Assembly: GCA_947085095.1 (NCBI GenBank)
Contig: CAMTVD010000004.1
Coordinates: 1 to 64,000 of the forward strand
Length of the DNA stretch: 64,000 nucleotides
From: an uncultured Thermus sp.
GTDB taxonomy: Bacteria > Deinococcota > Deinococci > Deinococcales > Thermaceae
Reading direction: 5' to 3'
The position numbers and the translations under genes were made by a program. Below the pieces are notes generated by a model. It searched no databases. It was given only the letters and a program-made list of their open reading frames with translations, and was not told where the DNA came from. Within the stretch, counting starts at the first letter, position 1. The number at the start of each line of letters is the position of its first letter. This document shows, in pieces, positions 8,812-17,777 of the stretch.

Positions 8812-9190
8812 GCTCCACCTCCCCCGCCAGAAGGTCGGCCAGGGCCAGGACAGCCTCCTCAGGGGTGAGGCCGGAGGCCTCCCGCCCCAGGGCCCGGGCG
8901 ATGTACCCCTCGGGGTGGGTGGCCAGTTCCACCCGGGCCCCCAGGCGCTCCAGGAGCCGGAGGGCCAGCCAGGCGGCGCGCCGCCTGGGCACGGCCCCCT
9001 CCACAAGCTCCTCCAGGCTGGCCAGGGTGACGTAGACCTTCTGCCTCATCCGCACCGCCCGGAGCTGGCCCCGCCTGAGGAGGTCCTCCACCGCGGGGCG
9101 TCCCACCTCCAGGAGGGCCGCCACCTGGTTGGGGGTGAGGAGGGCCTTGCCCTCCCACCCCAGCTCCCTGAGGCGCTCCCGCAGGCTCAT
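8804..9190 (-). CDS. Excisionase-like (HTH_17) DNA-binding protein
   Basis: LLTPNQVAALLEVGRPAVEDLLRRGQLRAVR. Confidence 0.7.
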   Translation of the reverse strand: MSLRERLRELGWEGKALLTPNQVAALLEVGRPAVEDLLRRGQLRAVRMRQKVYVTLASLEELVEGAVPRRRAAWLALRLLERLGARVELATHPEGYIARALGREASGLTPEEAVLALADLLAGEVEHA

Positions 9191-9432
9191 GCCACCTCCC
9201 CCGCGGACACGGGCCTGGCCTCGTAGATCCGCCAGCCCGCCATGACTTCCAGCGCCCTGGGCTCCGCGTGGGGGCCGTCCCAGAGGCGCAGGGGGCGGAG
9301 GTAGAACATGACCCCGCCCCGCTCCCACTTCAGGTAGACCGTCCCGGCGGTGCCCGACCGGCCCCGGATGCGCAGGGCCAGGGGAATGCCGGGGTTCCGC
9401 CTGAGGAGGCGGATCACCTCAGCGGGCAGCAC
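9187..9432 (-). CDS. Hypothetical phage protein
   Basis: 81 aa, coupled to neighbours. Confidence 0.55.
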   Translation of the reverse strand: MLPAEVIRLLRRNPGIPLALRIRGRSGTAGTVYLKWERGGVMFYLRPLRLWDGPHAEPRALEVMAGWRIYEARPVSAGEVA

Positions 9433-9697
9433 GGCGCACCTCCACCCAGCGCCCCGCCAGCTCGGGGTGGCACCGCCAGCAGGGGATGTCGTCCAGGTAG
9501 GTCCGCCCCCCGCAGAGGCCGCAGGGGCGGTGGAGGCGCAGGGCCACCTCCTGGGCCTCGGCCTCGTCCCGGTAAAGCTGGGCCAGGAAGGCCTGGCCGT
9601 GCCGCTCCGCCAGCCGGGCCCGCTCCCGCAGCTGCCCCGGGGTGAGGCCGTAGGAGCGGATGGTGTCCAGGGCGCTCTTGAAAGGCCTCACGGGCAC
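9419..9697 (-). CDS. Hypothetical phage protein with a CxxC...CxxC zinc ribbon
   Basis: CGLC and CWRC motifs. Confidence 0.55.
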   Translation of the reverse strand: MPVRPFKSALDTIRSYGLTPGQLRERARLAERHGQAFLAQLYRDEAEAQEVALRLHRPCGLCGGRTYLDDIPCWRCHPELAGRWVEVRRAAR

Positions 9698-9972
9698 CCC
9701 ACCCCCTTCATGCGGTGGGGGTTGGAGAGGATCTCCCGCGCCCCCTCCCCCGTCTCCGCGTGGGCGGCGGTGTGGGCGGCCAGGGCCCGGCGCACCAGCC
9801 GGGCCAGCTCCGCCACGTCCACCTCCTGGGTCTCCTGGATCTCGTTGGCGAAGCGCACCAGGTCCCGGGCCAGGTCGTAGAGGTAGTAGGCGATCCGGGT
9901 GTGCCGGGGCAGGCCCTCCGCCAGCTCGTCCACCAGCTCCTCCAGCTTGGTCCTCTTAGCGTCCTTCTTCAT
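9688..9972 (-). CDS. Hypothetical helical phage protein
   Basis: MKKDAKRTKLEELVDEL..., RBS GGAGAGG. Confidence 0.55.
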   Translation of the reverse strand: MKKDAKRTKLEELVDELAEGLPRHTRIAYYLYDLARDLVRFANEIQETQEVDVAELARLVRRALAAHTAAHAETGEGAREILSNPHRMKGVGCP

Positions 9973-10144
9973 GCCTCTCCTCCCGCTTCCTAAGCCACTC
10001 CCGTTCGGCCTCGGCCAGAATGGCCGCGATGCCCCTTCCCGCCTCCTCCAGGGGGCGGGGGCGCGCCCCCTGGAGGGCTTCCGCAAGGGCGGCCCGGACC
10101 TCCGGGTCCTCCCTGAGGAGCCGAATGAGCTCGTCCCGCGTCAT
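9956..10144 (-). CDS. Small hypothetical phage protein
   Basis: MTRDELIRLLREDPEVR; ATGA overlap. Confidence 0.55.
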   Translation of the reverse strand: MTRDELIRLLREDPEVRAALAEALQGARPRPLEEAGRGIAAILAEAEREWLRKREERHEEGR

Positions 10145-10563
10145 GCCTTCCCCGTAGAGAGGGGGGCCCGGAAGCCAAAGGCCCCCTGGCTCATGGCGGC
10201 CTCCAAAAGGTCGCTGTGGCGGTTGATGACGTAGCCGTACAGGGCCTTGCGCTCGTGTTCCAGGGCGTTCTTCTCCTCCGTGGCCACGTCAATGGCGGCG
10301 TGAAGCTGGTCCAGCCGCCTCACCAGGGCCTGGTACTCCGGGTCCTGGGCCAGCAGGGCGCGGGCCCGGGCCTCCCGCTCCTGGGCGGAGCGCCCCTCGG
10401 CGGCCAGGTAGGCCCGGGCCTCCCGCTCCTTCAGCTCCCGCTCCGCCGCGCGGCGCTCGGCCCGGAGGGCGGTCAGCCGCTCCCCCACCTTCCGGATGAG
10501 GGCGGGGAGCTCCAGCAAGCGGACGATCTCCTTGGCAGGTGGCAGGTTAGAAGGGAAGTTCAT
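10141..10563 (-). CDS. Coiled-coil phage protein
   Basis: 140 aa, RBS GGAGG. Confidence 0.65.
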   Translation of the reverse strand: MNFPSNLPPAKEIVRLLELPALIRKVGERLTALRAERRAAERELKEREARAYLAAEGRSAQEREARARALLAQDPEYQALVRRLDQLHAAIDVATEEKNALEHERKALYGYVINRHSDLLEAAMSQGAFGFRAPLSTGKA

Positions 10564-10894
10564 CGTTGTCCTCCTCGAGGGCTTTGTTCGTCTCCTCTAA
10601 CGACGGGACCAGCCTTACCAGCACTCGCCGTATGACTTGGCTGTAGCGGCCGGTACTCACATGTATCTCAGCGCGCACCTCTAACACTCTCACGTGAGCG
10701 ATATCACCCATCACAGATGAGGGGCGGAGGTCCCGGATGGCCACGAAGGTCCCCTCCTGCATCCAGTGCAGATCCTTCGGAATGATGGCGATGGGGTTCT
10801 TTGGCCATGTACCGTCCTCGGTGAGGTAGATGTACGTGGCCTCGTAGCGGATGGGAGGGACGGCCCCCTCTATTTGGGAGAAGGGACGCTTCAC
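10547..10894 (-). CDS. Hypothetical protein (lower GC)
   Basis: 115 aa, coupled to the ATPase stop; acidic DNDELPF C-terminus. Confidence 0.6.
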   Translation of the reverse strand: MKRPFSQIEGAVPPIRYEATYIYLTEDGTWPKNPIAIIPKDLHWMQEGTFVAIRDLRPSSVMGDIAHVRVLEVRAEIHVSTGRYSQVIRRVLVRLVPSLEETNKALEEDNDELPF

Positions 10895-11661
10895 GCCGCA
10901 CCCCCTGCCAGGTTCAACCGGGAAGCCAGGCGCCGCACGTGAGCCGGGGCAATGGCCCCCTTGGGAATGCCGTTGAGCTCCACCAGGGTGTCCATCTGCT
11001 TGATGAGGCGGACCACGTCCCGGAGGATCCCGCCCGTGAGCCGGTGAACCTCTTCCAGCACGGGGCGGGCGTAGCCTGAACCCTCGTAGATGCTCACCAG
11101 CTCAGCGGCGGGCACAGGCCCTATCTGGGCCACGGTGCCGATGCGGGACTCAATGTCCCGGTAGCGGCGGATCTGGGGGGCGTACTCATCGGTGGTGATG
11201 AGGACGAAGGTGGAGCCCGTCTCGTCCGCTAGGTACTTCGCCGTCTCCAGGGTGGGGCGGTCCATGAGCTGGGCCTCGTCCACGAAGACCACCCGGGGCC
11301 GGAGGAGAAGGGCGTCCCGGATCATGCTGAGGAGGACCCGGAAGTGCTTGTGCCGGGTGATGCGAAGCTCCACCGCCAGGTCTTCCAGGAATGCCGCCGG
11401 GCTGTAGGAGGGCTGGGCCCGCACCCAGGGGGCCTCGTGCTCCATCGCGTAGTAGCGGCAGGTCAGGGTCTTCCCCACCCCAGCAGGGCCCACCACCAGG
11501 GCGAACGGGAAGCGCTCCTGGGCGGCCAGGGCCAGGTGGCCCAGAAGGGCCCGGGCCCCGGCGGTGGGGATGAACCCGTTGCGGGGGTCCCTCAGCTCCG
11601 CCTCGGAGACGTAACCACCGAAAACTTCGTCAATGAGCCTGCTGATCTCCGCTTCCGTCAT
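10891..11661 (-). CDS. MuB/TnsC-like AAA+ transposition ATPase
   Basis: GPAGVGKT (Walker A) and VFVDEAQ (Walker B); follows the transposase. Confidence 0.9.
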   Translation of the reverse strand: MTEAEISRLIDEVFGGYVSEAELRDPRNGFIPTAGARALLGHLALAAQERFPFALVVGPAGVGKTLTCRYYAMEHEAPWVRAQPSYSPAAFLEDLAVELRITRHKHFRVLLSMIRDALLLRPRVVFVDEAQLMDRPTLETAKYLADETGSTFVLITTDEYAPQIRRYRDIESRIGTVAQIGPVPAAELVSIYEGSGYARPVLEEVHRLTGGILRDVVRLIKQMDTLVELNGIPKGAIAPAHVRRLASRLNLAGGAA

Positions 11662-13619
11662 GCCTCACCTCCCGCTTTCCCTTCACCCGGGGGGAGAAGG
11701 CCCCGCTCCCGGAGCCACTTCTCGCCCAGGGCAATGGGTTCCCAAATCAGGTCGTCCAGCCCCTCCTCCAGCTGGGCCGCGGCGGCCTGAAGCTCCTCCT
11801 CCGAGGGGCGGGGGAGCTCCTGGGCCATCGGGCGGACCCGCTCCCGCCGGGCCAGGGGGGCGAGGCCGGAGAGGCGCTCCAGGATCTCCTCAAACCGCAC
11901 GGCCGGGCCCAGCTGGGCAGTGAGCTCCTGGGCCGCCTCCCGCACGGCCCGGATGGCGGCCTTGTCGGCCAGACGTTTGGCCTTGGCCTCGAGGGAGTCG
12001 GCCCGAAGGGGCTCGGGAATGAGCTCCCCCAGGACCTTGAGGCTCCCGTCGGGCTGGCGCAGGGCCGCCCGGAGGGGCTGGCCGGGCAGGACCTGGACCT
12101 CCAGAACGATGACCTTCTGCCCCTGCCAGGGAATGAGGGAGCCGTCCTCGGGGCGGAGGTAGTAGTTCCGGCCCCGGTAGGCCACCACCCCGTTCCCCCG
12201 CACCACCCGCTCCGTCTGGTGGGCGGTGAGGAGGTAGAGGTCTCCGAGGTCCAGGCGAACAAGACGATGCCGGGGCACGTAGGCCCGGAAGAGGTCGGCC
12301 CGGGAAAAGCCTTCCTTATCCACCGGCTTCCGGTGCCAGTCCTGGAGGAGCCACGCCAGGGCCCGGGCCTTGTACTCCTCCTCCAAGAGGAGGCGGTTGG
12401 GATAAGGGTCGTCGTCAGCAGGCATGCCCGCCGCCACCCAGGCCCGGGTGTTGGCGATGAGGCGCTTGAGCTGGGTGGAGTCCCGCTCCGTGGCGTCCTT
12501 GCCCGCGTAGCCGGGGAGGAGAGCCTCAAACTCCTGGTGGAAGGCCCCAAAAAAGCGCTCAACCCGCCCTCTGGTGTGGGAGATCCGGGGGCGGGAGTAT
12601 ATGAGCTCAATACCCAGCTGGCGGGCGAAGTGTTCGCTCTTCTCTGAACGGTAGACCTTGCCGTTGTCCCAGTAAATCTTTTCTGGGACACCATAAACAT
12701 CCCAACCCGGGGCTAAACCGCTCTTGTCCTGGGTCATCAGGATGAGGAGCTGGTCGGTGGGAACCTGGCCCTCTTCCCGGCTGAACACGAGGCTCGGCGA
12801 GGCCCCGGAGAACACGTCCAGGGCCACGTGGATCCTGAGCCGGTAGGCGCTCCCCTCGTCGGGGTTGTAGACAAAAAGATCGCACCTGGTCATATCCACC
12901 ATGACCATCTGCATGGGGTACTCGGCCATCACGTGCCCGGCCCAGGTCCTGGCGAACTCCTTTCGGCCCTCATCCGAGAGGAGGGCCCAGCGGAAGGCCG
13001 GAATGGACTCGGCGGCCCTGATGAGGCGCCGCACCGTGGAAGGTGAGAGCGTGAACAGCGTGGAACCGTTCTGATAGGGCTTGTAGCGGAGAAGATCGGG
13101 GTCGTTCAGCTCAATGATCCGCAGGATCCGGTTCGCCGAGGCCCCCGGGTGGGCCAGCTTGAGCCCCAGCACCAGCTGGCGGAGCTCGGCCGGCACCCTG
13201 TGCTGGCCCTTGTCGCGCCGGGACCGCTGGAGAGTCTTCGGGCCCTCCTCCTGGTAGCGCCGAATGAGCCGATAGGCGTACTCTTCGCTCACCTCCAGCC
13301 GCCTGGCAACTTCGCGCACCAGGTCCCAACGGAGGCCTCGAGGGAGGCGGTTGTATTCTTCCGCGCTCCTGGCCAGTTCGTAAAACCCCCCACTGCCTTG
13401 ATGGGCTTCACCGCTTACTGGTGCCAGTTGGCTGGCATCGGCGAGAGCCTCTGGCTTGCCCAAAGCAAGCGTTAAAGCGCGGAAATCCACCAAGGTCCTG
13501 TACGTCCTGCCGACCTTCTCGCGCTTGGTAGGAAGCCTGTGCCGCTTGATAACGTCCCAAAGCCAACGGCGCTTCCTACCCAACGCCGATGCAGCTTCGT
13601 CAACGGGTAGCCAGGACAT
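11658..13619 (-). CDS. MuA/TnsB-like DDE transposase
   Basis: N-terminal HTHs; VMVDMT / YWDNGKVY / RGRVERFFG catalytic triad; Mu-type C-terminal beta-barrel. Confidence 0.93.
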   Translation of the reverse strand: MSWLPVDEAASALGRKRRWLWDVIKRHRLPTKREKVGRTYRTLVDFRALTLALGKPEALADASQLAPVSGEAHQGSGGFYELARSAEEYNRLPRGLRWDLVREVARRLEVSEEYAYRLIRRYQEEGPKTLQRSRRDKGQHRVPAELRQLVLGLKLAHPGASANRILRIIELNDPDLLRYKPYQNGSTLFTLSPSTVRRLIRAAESIPAFRWALLSDEGRKEFARTWAGHVMAEYPMQMVMVDMTRCDLFVYNPDEGSAYRLRIHVALDVFSGASPSLVFSREEGQVPTDQLLILMTQDKSGLAPGWDVYGVPEKIYWDNGKVYRSEKSEHFARQLGIELIYSRPRISHTRGRVERFFGAFHQEFEALLPGYAGKDATERDSTQLKRLIANTRAWVAAGMPADDDPYPNRLLLEEEYKARALAWLLQDWHRKPVDKEGFSRADLFRAYVPRHRLVRLDLGDLYLLTAHQTERVVRGNGVVAYRGRNYYLRPEDGSLIPWQGQKVIVLEVQVLPGQPLRAALRQPDGSLKVLGELIPEPLRADSLEAKAKRLADKAAIRAVREAAQELTAQLGPAVRFEEILERLSGLAPLARRERVRPMAQELPRPSEEELQAAAAQLEEGLDDLIWEPIALGEKWLRERGLLPPGEGKAGGEA

Positions 13620-13833
13620 CGTCCTCCTCCAAAAGCTCCTCAACCGGAACGTCCAATGCCTTGGCGATCTTGTGAACGGTGGCGATAGACGGGTTGGGTC
13701 TGCGCCCTTGCAGGAGCATGACCACATGGCCGTGGCTCAACCCGGCCGCCTTGGCCAACCCGTACTGGGATAGCCCGCGCTCCTGCAAAAGCTGCTTCAT
13801 TCTGTGAAGGTTTAGCCGGGTCTTTACTCTCAT
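13600..13833 (-). CDS. Cro/Ner-like XRE HTH regulator
   Basis: GLSQYGLAKAAGLSHGHVVMLLQGRRPNPSIATVHKIAKALDV. Confidence 0.88.
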   Translation of the reverse strand: MRVKTRLNLHRMKQLLQERGLSQYGLAKAAGLSHGHVVMLLQGRRPNPSIATVHKIAKALDVPVEELLEEDDVLATR

Positions 13834-13871
13834 CTGAGAGTAGCATAACATCTCACCTGAGAGTGAGTCAA
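13825..13871 (-). promoter_or_regulatory. Early promoter with two palindromic operators
   Basis: Minus strand TTGACT-N18-TATGCT; operators TACTCTCA-TC-TGAGAGTA (13825-13842) and TCTCA-CC-TGAGA (13851-13862). Confidence 0.75.
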
Positions 13872-13909
13872 GGGGTGCCCCGCCCCCTAAGCGGGGCAAG
13901 GAGGCATGG

Positions 13910-14581
13910 ATGAATAAGGAAAGGGAGGTTGACAGAGTGCGCGACCTCCAGGGGCCCTTCGCCAGGGAGATCCTGGCGAAGATGAAGGAAAAGGGCTTCC
14001 GGAAGCTGGAAGAGTTCGCCGACTACTACGACATCGGCAGGACCACGGTTTATAGCCTGGTCATCGGCCGGAAGGTGGGGGACAAGTACATCAAGCCCAG
14101 CTTGGACACCCTTACCAAGCTGTCAGTTGCGCTGGAAATCCCTGTGGAAAAGCTACTTGAGAGGCTCTATCCCGAGGGCTCCTTCCTCACCCGCAAAGAA
14201 GTAGGAGTGCCCATCCTCGGCTACGTGGGCGGCGGCCCCGCCCAGCTGGAGGAGCTGGAGGACCGCACCGTCCCCGTGCGGGTGAAGGGGGACGCCTCGC
14301 ACCTCGTGGCCTTCCGCGTGCGGGGCAACAGCATGTGCGCCGGGAAGCGGCCCATCTGCCACGGGGACATCATTGTCGTGGACACCCGGGACAAGGGCCA
14401 CCCCGGGGCCATCGTGGTGGCGCGGCTCAACGGACACGAGTACGTGGTCAAGAAGATGGGGCCGGACGGTACCCTGTACTCCACCAACCCCGAGGAGGGG
14501 AACGGCCCGCCGGTCATCCGCAGGGACGAGGTGGCGGAGATCGTGGGGCGGGTGGTGGAGGTGCGGAGCCGGTTGGATTGA
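13910..14581 (+). CDS. CI/LexA-like repressor (XRE HTH plus S24 peptidase)
   Basis: VPILGYVGGG cleavage region, VRGNSM catalytic Ser and VVKK Lys; divergent from cro. Confidence 0.9.
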   Translation: MNKEREVDRVRDLQGPFAREILAKMKEKGFRKLEEFADYYDIGRTTVYSLVIGRKVGDKYIKPSLDTLTKLSVALEIPVEKLLERLYPEGSFLTRKEVGVPILGYVGGGPAQLEELEDRTVPVRVKGDASHLVAFRVRGNSMCAGKRPICHGDIIVVDTRDKGHPGAIVVARLNGHEYVVKKMGPDGTLYSTNPEEGNGPPVIRRDEVAEIVGRVVEVRSRLD

Positions 14582-14650
14582 CACCCCCCCACCCCCTGTG
14601 GTACCCTGGGGCTAAGGTTGGGTAAGTGCCCCCTGGGGAAGCCCAGGGGG
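14578..14650 (+). promoter_or_regulatory. Rightward late promoter plus leader hairpin (copy 2 of the 71-bp inverted repeat)
   Basis: TTGACA-N18-TACCCT with extended TG, and the same hairpin as 6020-6042. Confidence 0.78.
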
Positions 14651-14672
14651 TAAGGCTTTTTAGGGAGGCAGC

Positions 14673-14954
14673 ATGCTGAAGGTTCTCAGGGTGGTCTACT
14701 TCGCCGTCGGCCTGGTGGTCCTCGTGGTGGAGGACCTCATGGACGGAGTGCCGGGCATCCAGAAGAAGGAGGAGGCCCTGAAGCGGGTGAAGGACGTGGT
14801 GATCTCCATCCTGGGCTTCTGGCCCGCCTGGATCCCGGACGTGCTGGTGGGCTGGGTCATTGACACCGTGGTGGGCATCTTCAACCGGGACGGCACCTTT
14901 CGCAAAGGCGCAGGCCCTCAAGGCGCCGCCGCCGGAGCCGGGGCCGGGGCCTGA
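14673..14954 (+). CDS. Small membrane protein, possible holin
   Basis: RBS GGGAGG; hydrophobic N-terminus; G.QKKEEAL motif reminiscent of holins. Confidence 0.5.
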   Translation: MLKVLRVVYFAVGLVVLVVEDLMDGVPGIQKKEEALKRVKDVVISILGFWPAWIPDVLVGWVIDTVVGIFNRDGTFRKGAGPQGAAAGAGAGA

Positions 14955-15034
14955 GGCCCCCCGCTGGCCCCTATCCCCGGAGACGGCGAGGCTGGAGAAC
15001 CGAGCCTACTGGGGCGTGGTCCTGAGGAGGCCCT

Positions 15035-16054
15035 ATGCCGAGTTTGACCGGCTTCCCCAAGAATACCGATACCTCCACCCCGACCTTTTCCGGCACGCTG
15101 CGCGCCGCCTTGGGGGACGCCCCTGAGCGCATCCCCCTCCACCCCTTCGGGGAGTTCGTGGGGAACGGCACCCTCTTCCTCTACGACGAGGAGAGCCTCC
15201 AGGCGGCCCTGCGGGACCTCGCCGAGCGGGGTGTGCCCTGGGTTTTAGACTTCCACCACCAGACGGTGCGGGTGGAGGAGGGGCAGGCGGGGGAGGCCCC
15301 GGCGGCGGGGTTCATCACCGGATTGGAGGTGGAGGACGGCGTCGTCTACGGCCTGGTGGAGTGGTCGGAGACGGGCCGGGAGCGGGTGAGCCGGGGGGAG
15401 TACGCCTACGTGAGCCCCGTCTTCTACTACGACCCCCGGCCGGACGAGCTGGGCAGGCACCGGGTGCTGGGGTACCACTCCTTCGCCCTCACCAACAACC
15501 CTGGCATCCGGATGCAGAGGCGGATTGAAGCGGAGGCGGACATGCTGGAAAGGTTGAGGCAGGCCCTGGGGCTCCCGCCCCAGGCCACAGAGGAGGAGGC
15601 CTTCCAGGCCCTGGAGAGGACCCTGGCCGAGGCCCGGGTGGGCCGGGTGGTCCTGGAGCTGGGCCTGGGGGCCGAGGACGAAACCGAGCTCAAGGCCAGG
15701 CTCCTCCGGCTCCTGGCGGCCCAGGACGCCCTGGCGGAGCTGGAGCGCACCCGGGCGGAGCTGGAGGCCATCCGGGCCCAGGCCCGGGAGGAGAAGGCCC
15801 AGGCCCTGGTGCGGGCCGCCCTGGAGGAGGGGCGCATCCTGCCCCACCAGCGGGAGTTCTGGCTGGCCCAGGCCCGGGCGGACCTGGAGGCGGCCCGGAA
15901 GGCCCTGGAGGGGATGCCCCGGCTGGTGCCCACGGAGCTCCCCAAGCCCAAGGAGCCCCCGAAGGAGCCCCTGGAGGCCGAAGACCCCCTCCGCAGGTAC
16001 GCCCAGATCTTCCGGGTCTCCGAGGAGGCTCTGAGGCGGTTTGGAGGTGAGTGA
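15035..16054 (+). CDS. Mu gpI-like prohead protease with a C-terminal scaffold
   Basis: VLDFHHQT, APAAG, VEWS, EYAYVSPVF and ALTNNP motifs. Confidence 0.92.
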   Translation: MPSLTGFPKNTDTSTPTFSGTLRAALGDAPERIPLHPFGEFVGNGTLFLYDEESLQAALRDLAERGVPWVLDFHHQTVRVEEGQAGEAPAAGFITGLEVEDGVVYGLVEWSETGRERVSRGEYAYVSPVFYYDPRPDELGRHRVLGYHSFALTNNPGIRMQRRIEAEADMLERLRQALGLPPQATEEEAFQALERTLAEARVGRVVLELGLGAEDETELKARLLRLLAAQDALAELERTRAELEAIRAQAREEKAQALVRAALEEGRILPHQREFWLAQARADLEAARKALEGMPRLVPTELPKPKEPPKEPLEAEDPLRRYAQIFRVSEEALRRFGGE

Positions 16055-16437
16055 TGTTTGACACTGAGCGCTGGGCGGAAGAGTACCTCATCCCCCTCCC
16101 GGTGAAGGCGGGCGCTGTCATCCGGCAGGGGGCGCTGGTCATGGTCTCGGGGGGCTACGCCGAGGAGGCTAGCCCGGGTACCGGGAAGATCGCCCTGGGG
16201 GTGGCCCAGGAGACCGTGGACAACTCCGGGGGCGCGAACGGGGCCAAACAGGTCCTGGTGCGCCGGGGGGTGTTCCGTTTTGAGAACGACCCCGCCGACC
16301 CCGTGGGCCTCACGGAGCTGGGGAAAGACGTCTACGCCACCGGGCCCAACACCGTGGGCAAGGCGGCCACGGGCCGCTCCAAGGCGGGGCGGGCCCTGCA
16401 AGTGGACGGAGACTACGTTTGGGTGGAGGTGTGGTAA
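16051..16437 (+). CDS. Capsid decoration/cement-like protein
   Basis: Beta-rich 128-aa protein between the protease and the major capsid gene. Confidence 0.65.
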   Translation: MMFDTERWAEEYLIPLPVKAGAVIRQGALVMVSGGYAEEASPGTGKIALGVAQETVDNSGGANGAKQVLVRRGVFRFENDPADPVGLTELGKDVYATGPNTVGKAATGRSKAGRALQVDGDYVWVEVW

Positions 16438-17340
16438 ATGATTCTGAACCGCGATCAGCTCAACGCCCTCAGCCGGACCCTCAAGGCCTTGGTTTTTGAG
16501 GCAAAAGAGGGGTACACCCCCCTCTGGCCCAAACTGGCCTTGGAGGTCCGGTCCAATGGCCGGGCCAACTACTACGCCTGGCTGGAGAACATGCCCGCCA
16601 TGCGCCTCTGGGAAGGAGAGCGGAAGATCCAGAACCTCACCGCCGAGACCTTCCCCATCGTCAACGCGGACTGGGAGGCCACCTTCGCCGTTTCCCGCAC
16701 CGACGTGGAGGACGACCAGATGGACCTCATCCGCATCACCGCCCTGCAGTACGCCCGGCGGTGGGCGGAGCACGATGACTACCTCATCGCCGACCTCCTC
16801 CGCACCGGGTTCCAGCAGAAGGCCTACGACGGGCGACCCTTCTTCGGCCCCCACACCGTGGGGCGGAAAACGTTCCAAAATGGGTCCAACGCCCCTCTGA
16901 CCCGTGAGGCCTTCCGCAACGCCCTGAGCCAGATGCGGAAGCTCACCGACGCCCGGGGCTACCCCCTGGGCTTCTTCCTGCAGAAGCCCATCTACCTGGT
17001 GGTGGGGCCCGGGCTGGAGAGCACCGCCTACGAGATCGTGGGGGTGCCTACCCTCCCCACGGGCGGGGCCAACCCCGACTACGGGAAGGCGGAGATCCTG
17101 GTGAGCCCCTGGTTGGTGGAAGACTACGAGACCTACTGGTTCCTGGTGGACGGGGCCCAGGCCATCAAACCCTTCGTGCTCCAGAGGCGGAGCCAGCCCG
17201 AGTGGATCGTCAAGGACGACCCCGCCATCAGCGACGAGGTCTTCAAGCGGAACCTCTTCATCTACGGGGTGTACGAGCGCAAGGCCGCTGCCCCCCTCTT
17301 CTGGCAGCTGGCCTACGGCTCCACCGGCACGGGTAGCTGA
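16438..17340 (+). CDS. Mu gpT-like major capsid protein
   Basis: YAWLENMPAMRLWEGER, YDGRPFF, LVVGPGLE, WFLVD..KPF and FWQLAYGSTG. Confidence 0.93.
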   Translation: MILNRDQLNALSRTLKALVFEAKEGYTPLWPKLALEVRSNGRANYYAWLENMPAMRLWEGERKIQNLTAETFPIVNADWEATFAVSRTDVEDDQMDLIRITALQYARRWAEHDDYLIADLLRTGFQQKAYDGRPFFGPHTVGRKTFQNGSNAPLTREAFRNALSQMRKLTDARGYPLGFFLQKPIYLVVGPGLESTAYEIVGVPTLPTGGANPDYGKAEILVSPWLVEDYETYWFLVDGAQAIKPFVLQRRSQPEWIVKDDPAISDEVFKRNLFIYGVYERKAAAPLFWQLAYGSTGTGS

Positions 17341-17777
17341 TGATCGGCCTGGATGACCTCCGGCAGACCCTCCCCGAGGGGGAGCTCCTCTACCTGGTGG
17401 ACGACGAGGGGGCGGGGGAGCTCACCCCCCAGGCCCTGGCCCGGGCCGAGGAGGCCCTGCGCCAGGCCTGGGGGGAGGTGGAAAGCTACCTGGCCCAGCG
17501 CTACCCCCTCCCCCTCCCCGCCCTGCCGGAGGTCCTGAAGGCCAAAGCCCTGGACATCGCCGTCTACCGCCTCTTCCTCAGGAAGGGCATCCGCCCCGGC
17601 ACCGCGGACGAGGCCGTGCGGGACCGCTACCGGGACGCCGTGGCCTTCCTCCGGGACGTGGCCGTGGGGCGGGCCTCCCTCCCCCTACCCCCGGCCTCCG
17701 CCCCGGCCCGGCCCCTGGGCGGGGCGAAGGTCCGGGGAAAGAGGATCTTCAGTCGGGAGAGCCTGGAGGACTTCTGA
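17340..17777 (+). CDS. Mu gp36/J-like head-tail connector (DUF1320)
   Basis: YLAQRYPLPL...DIAVYRL...RYRDAVAFLRDVAVG. Confidence 0.9.
   Translation: MIGLDDLRQTLPEGELLYLVDDEGAGELTPQALARAEEALRQAWGEVESYLAQRYPLPLPALPEVLKAKALDIAVYRLFLRKGIRPGTADEAVRDRYRDAVAFLRDVAVGRASLPLPPASAPARPLGGAKVRGKRIFSRESLEDF

Noticed and set aside
10141..10563. Mu Gam homologue
   Set aside because: Coiled-coil only; I cannot see the Gam C-terminal motifs.
10891..13619. Tn7/CAST-like TnsB-TnsC system
   Set aside because: No TnsA, TniQ/TnsD or Cas gene is recognisable, and the context is a Mu-like phage.
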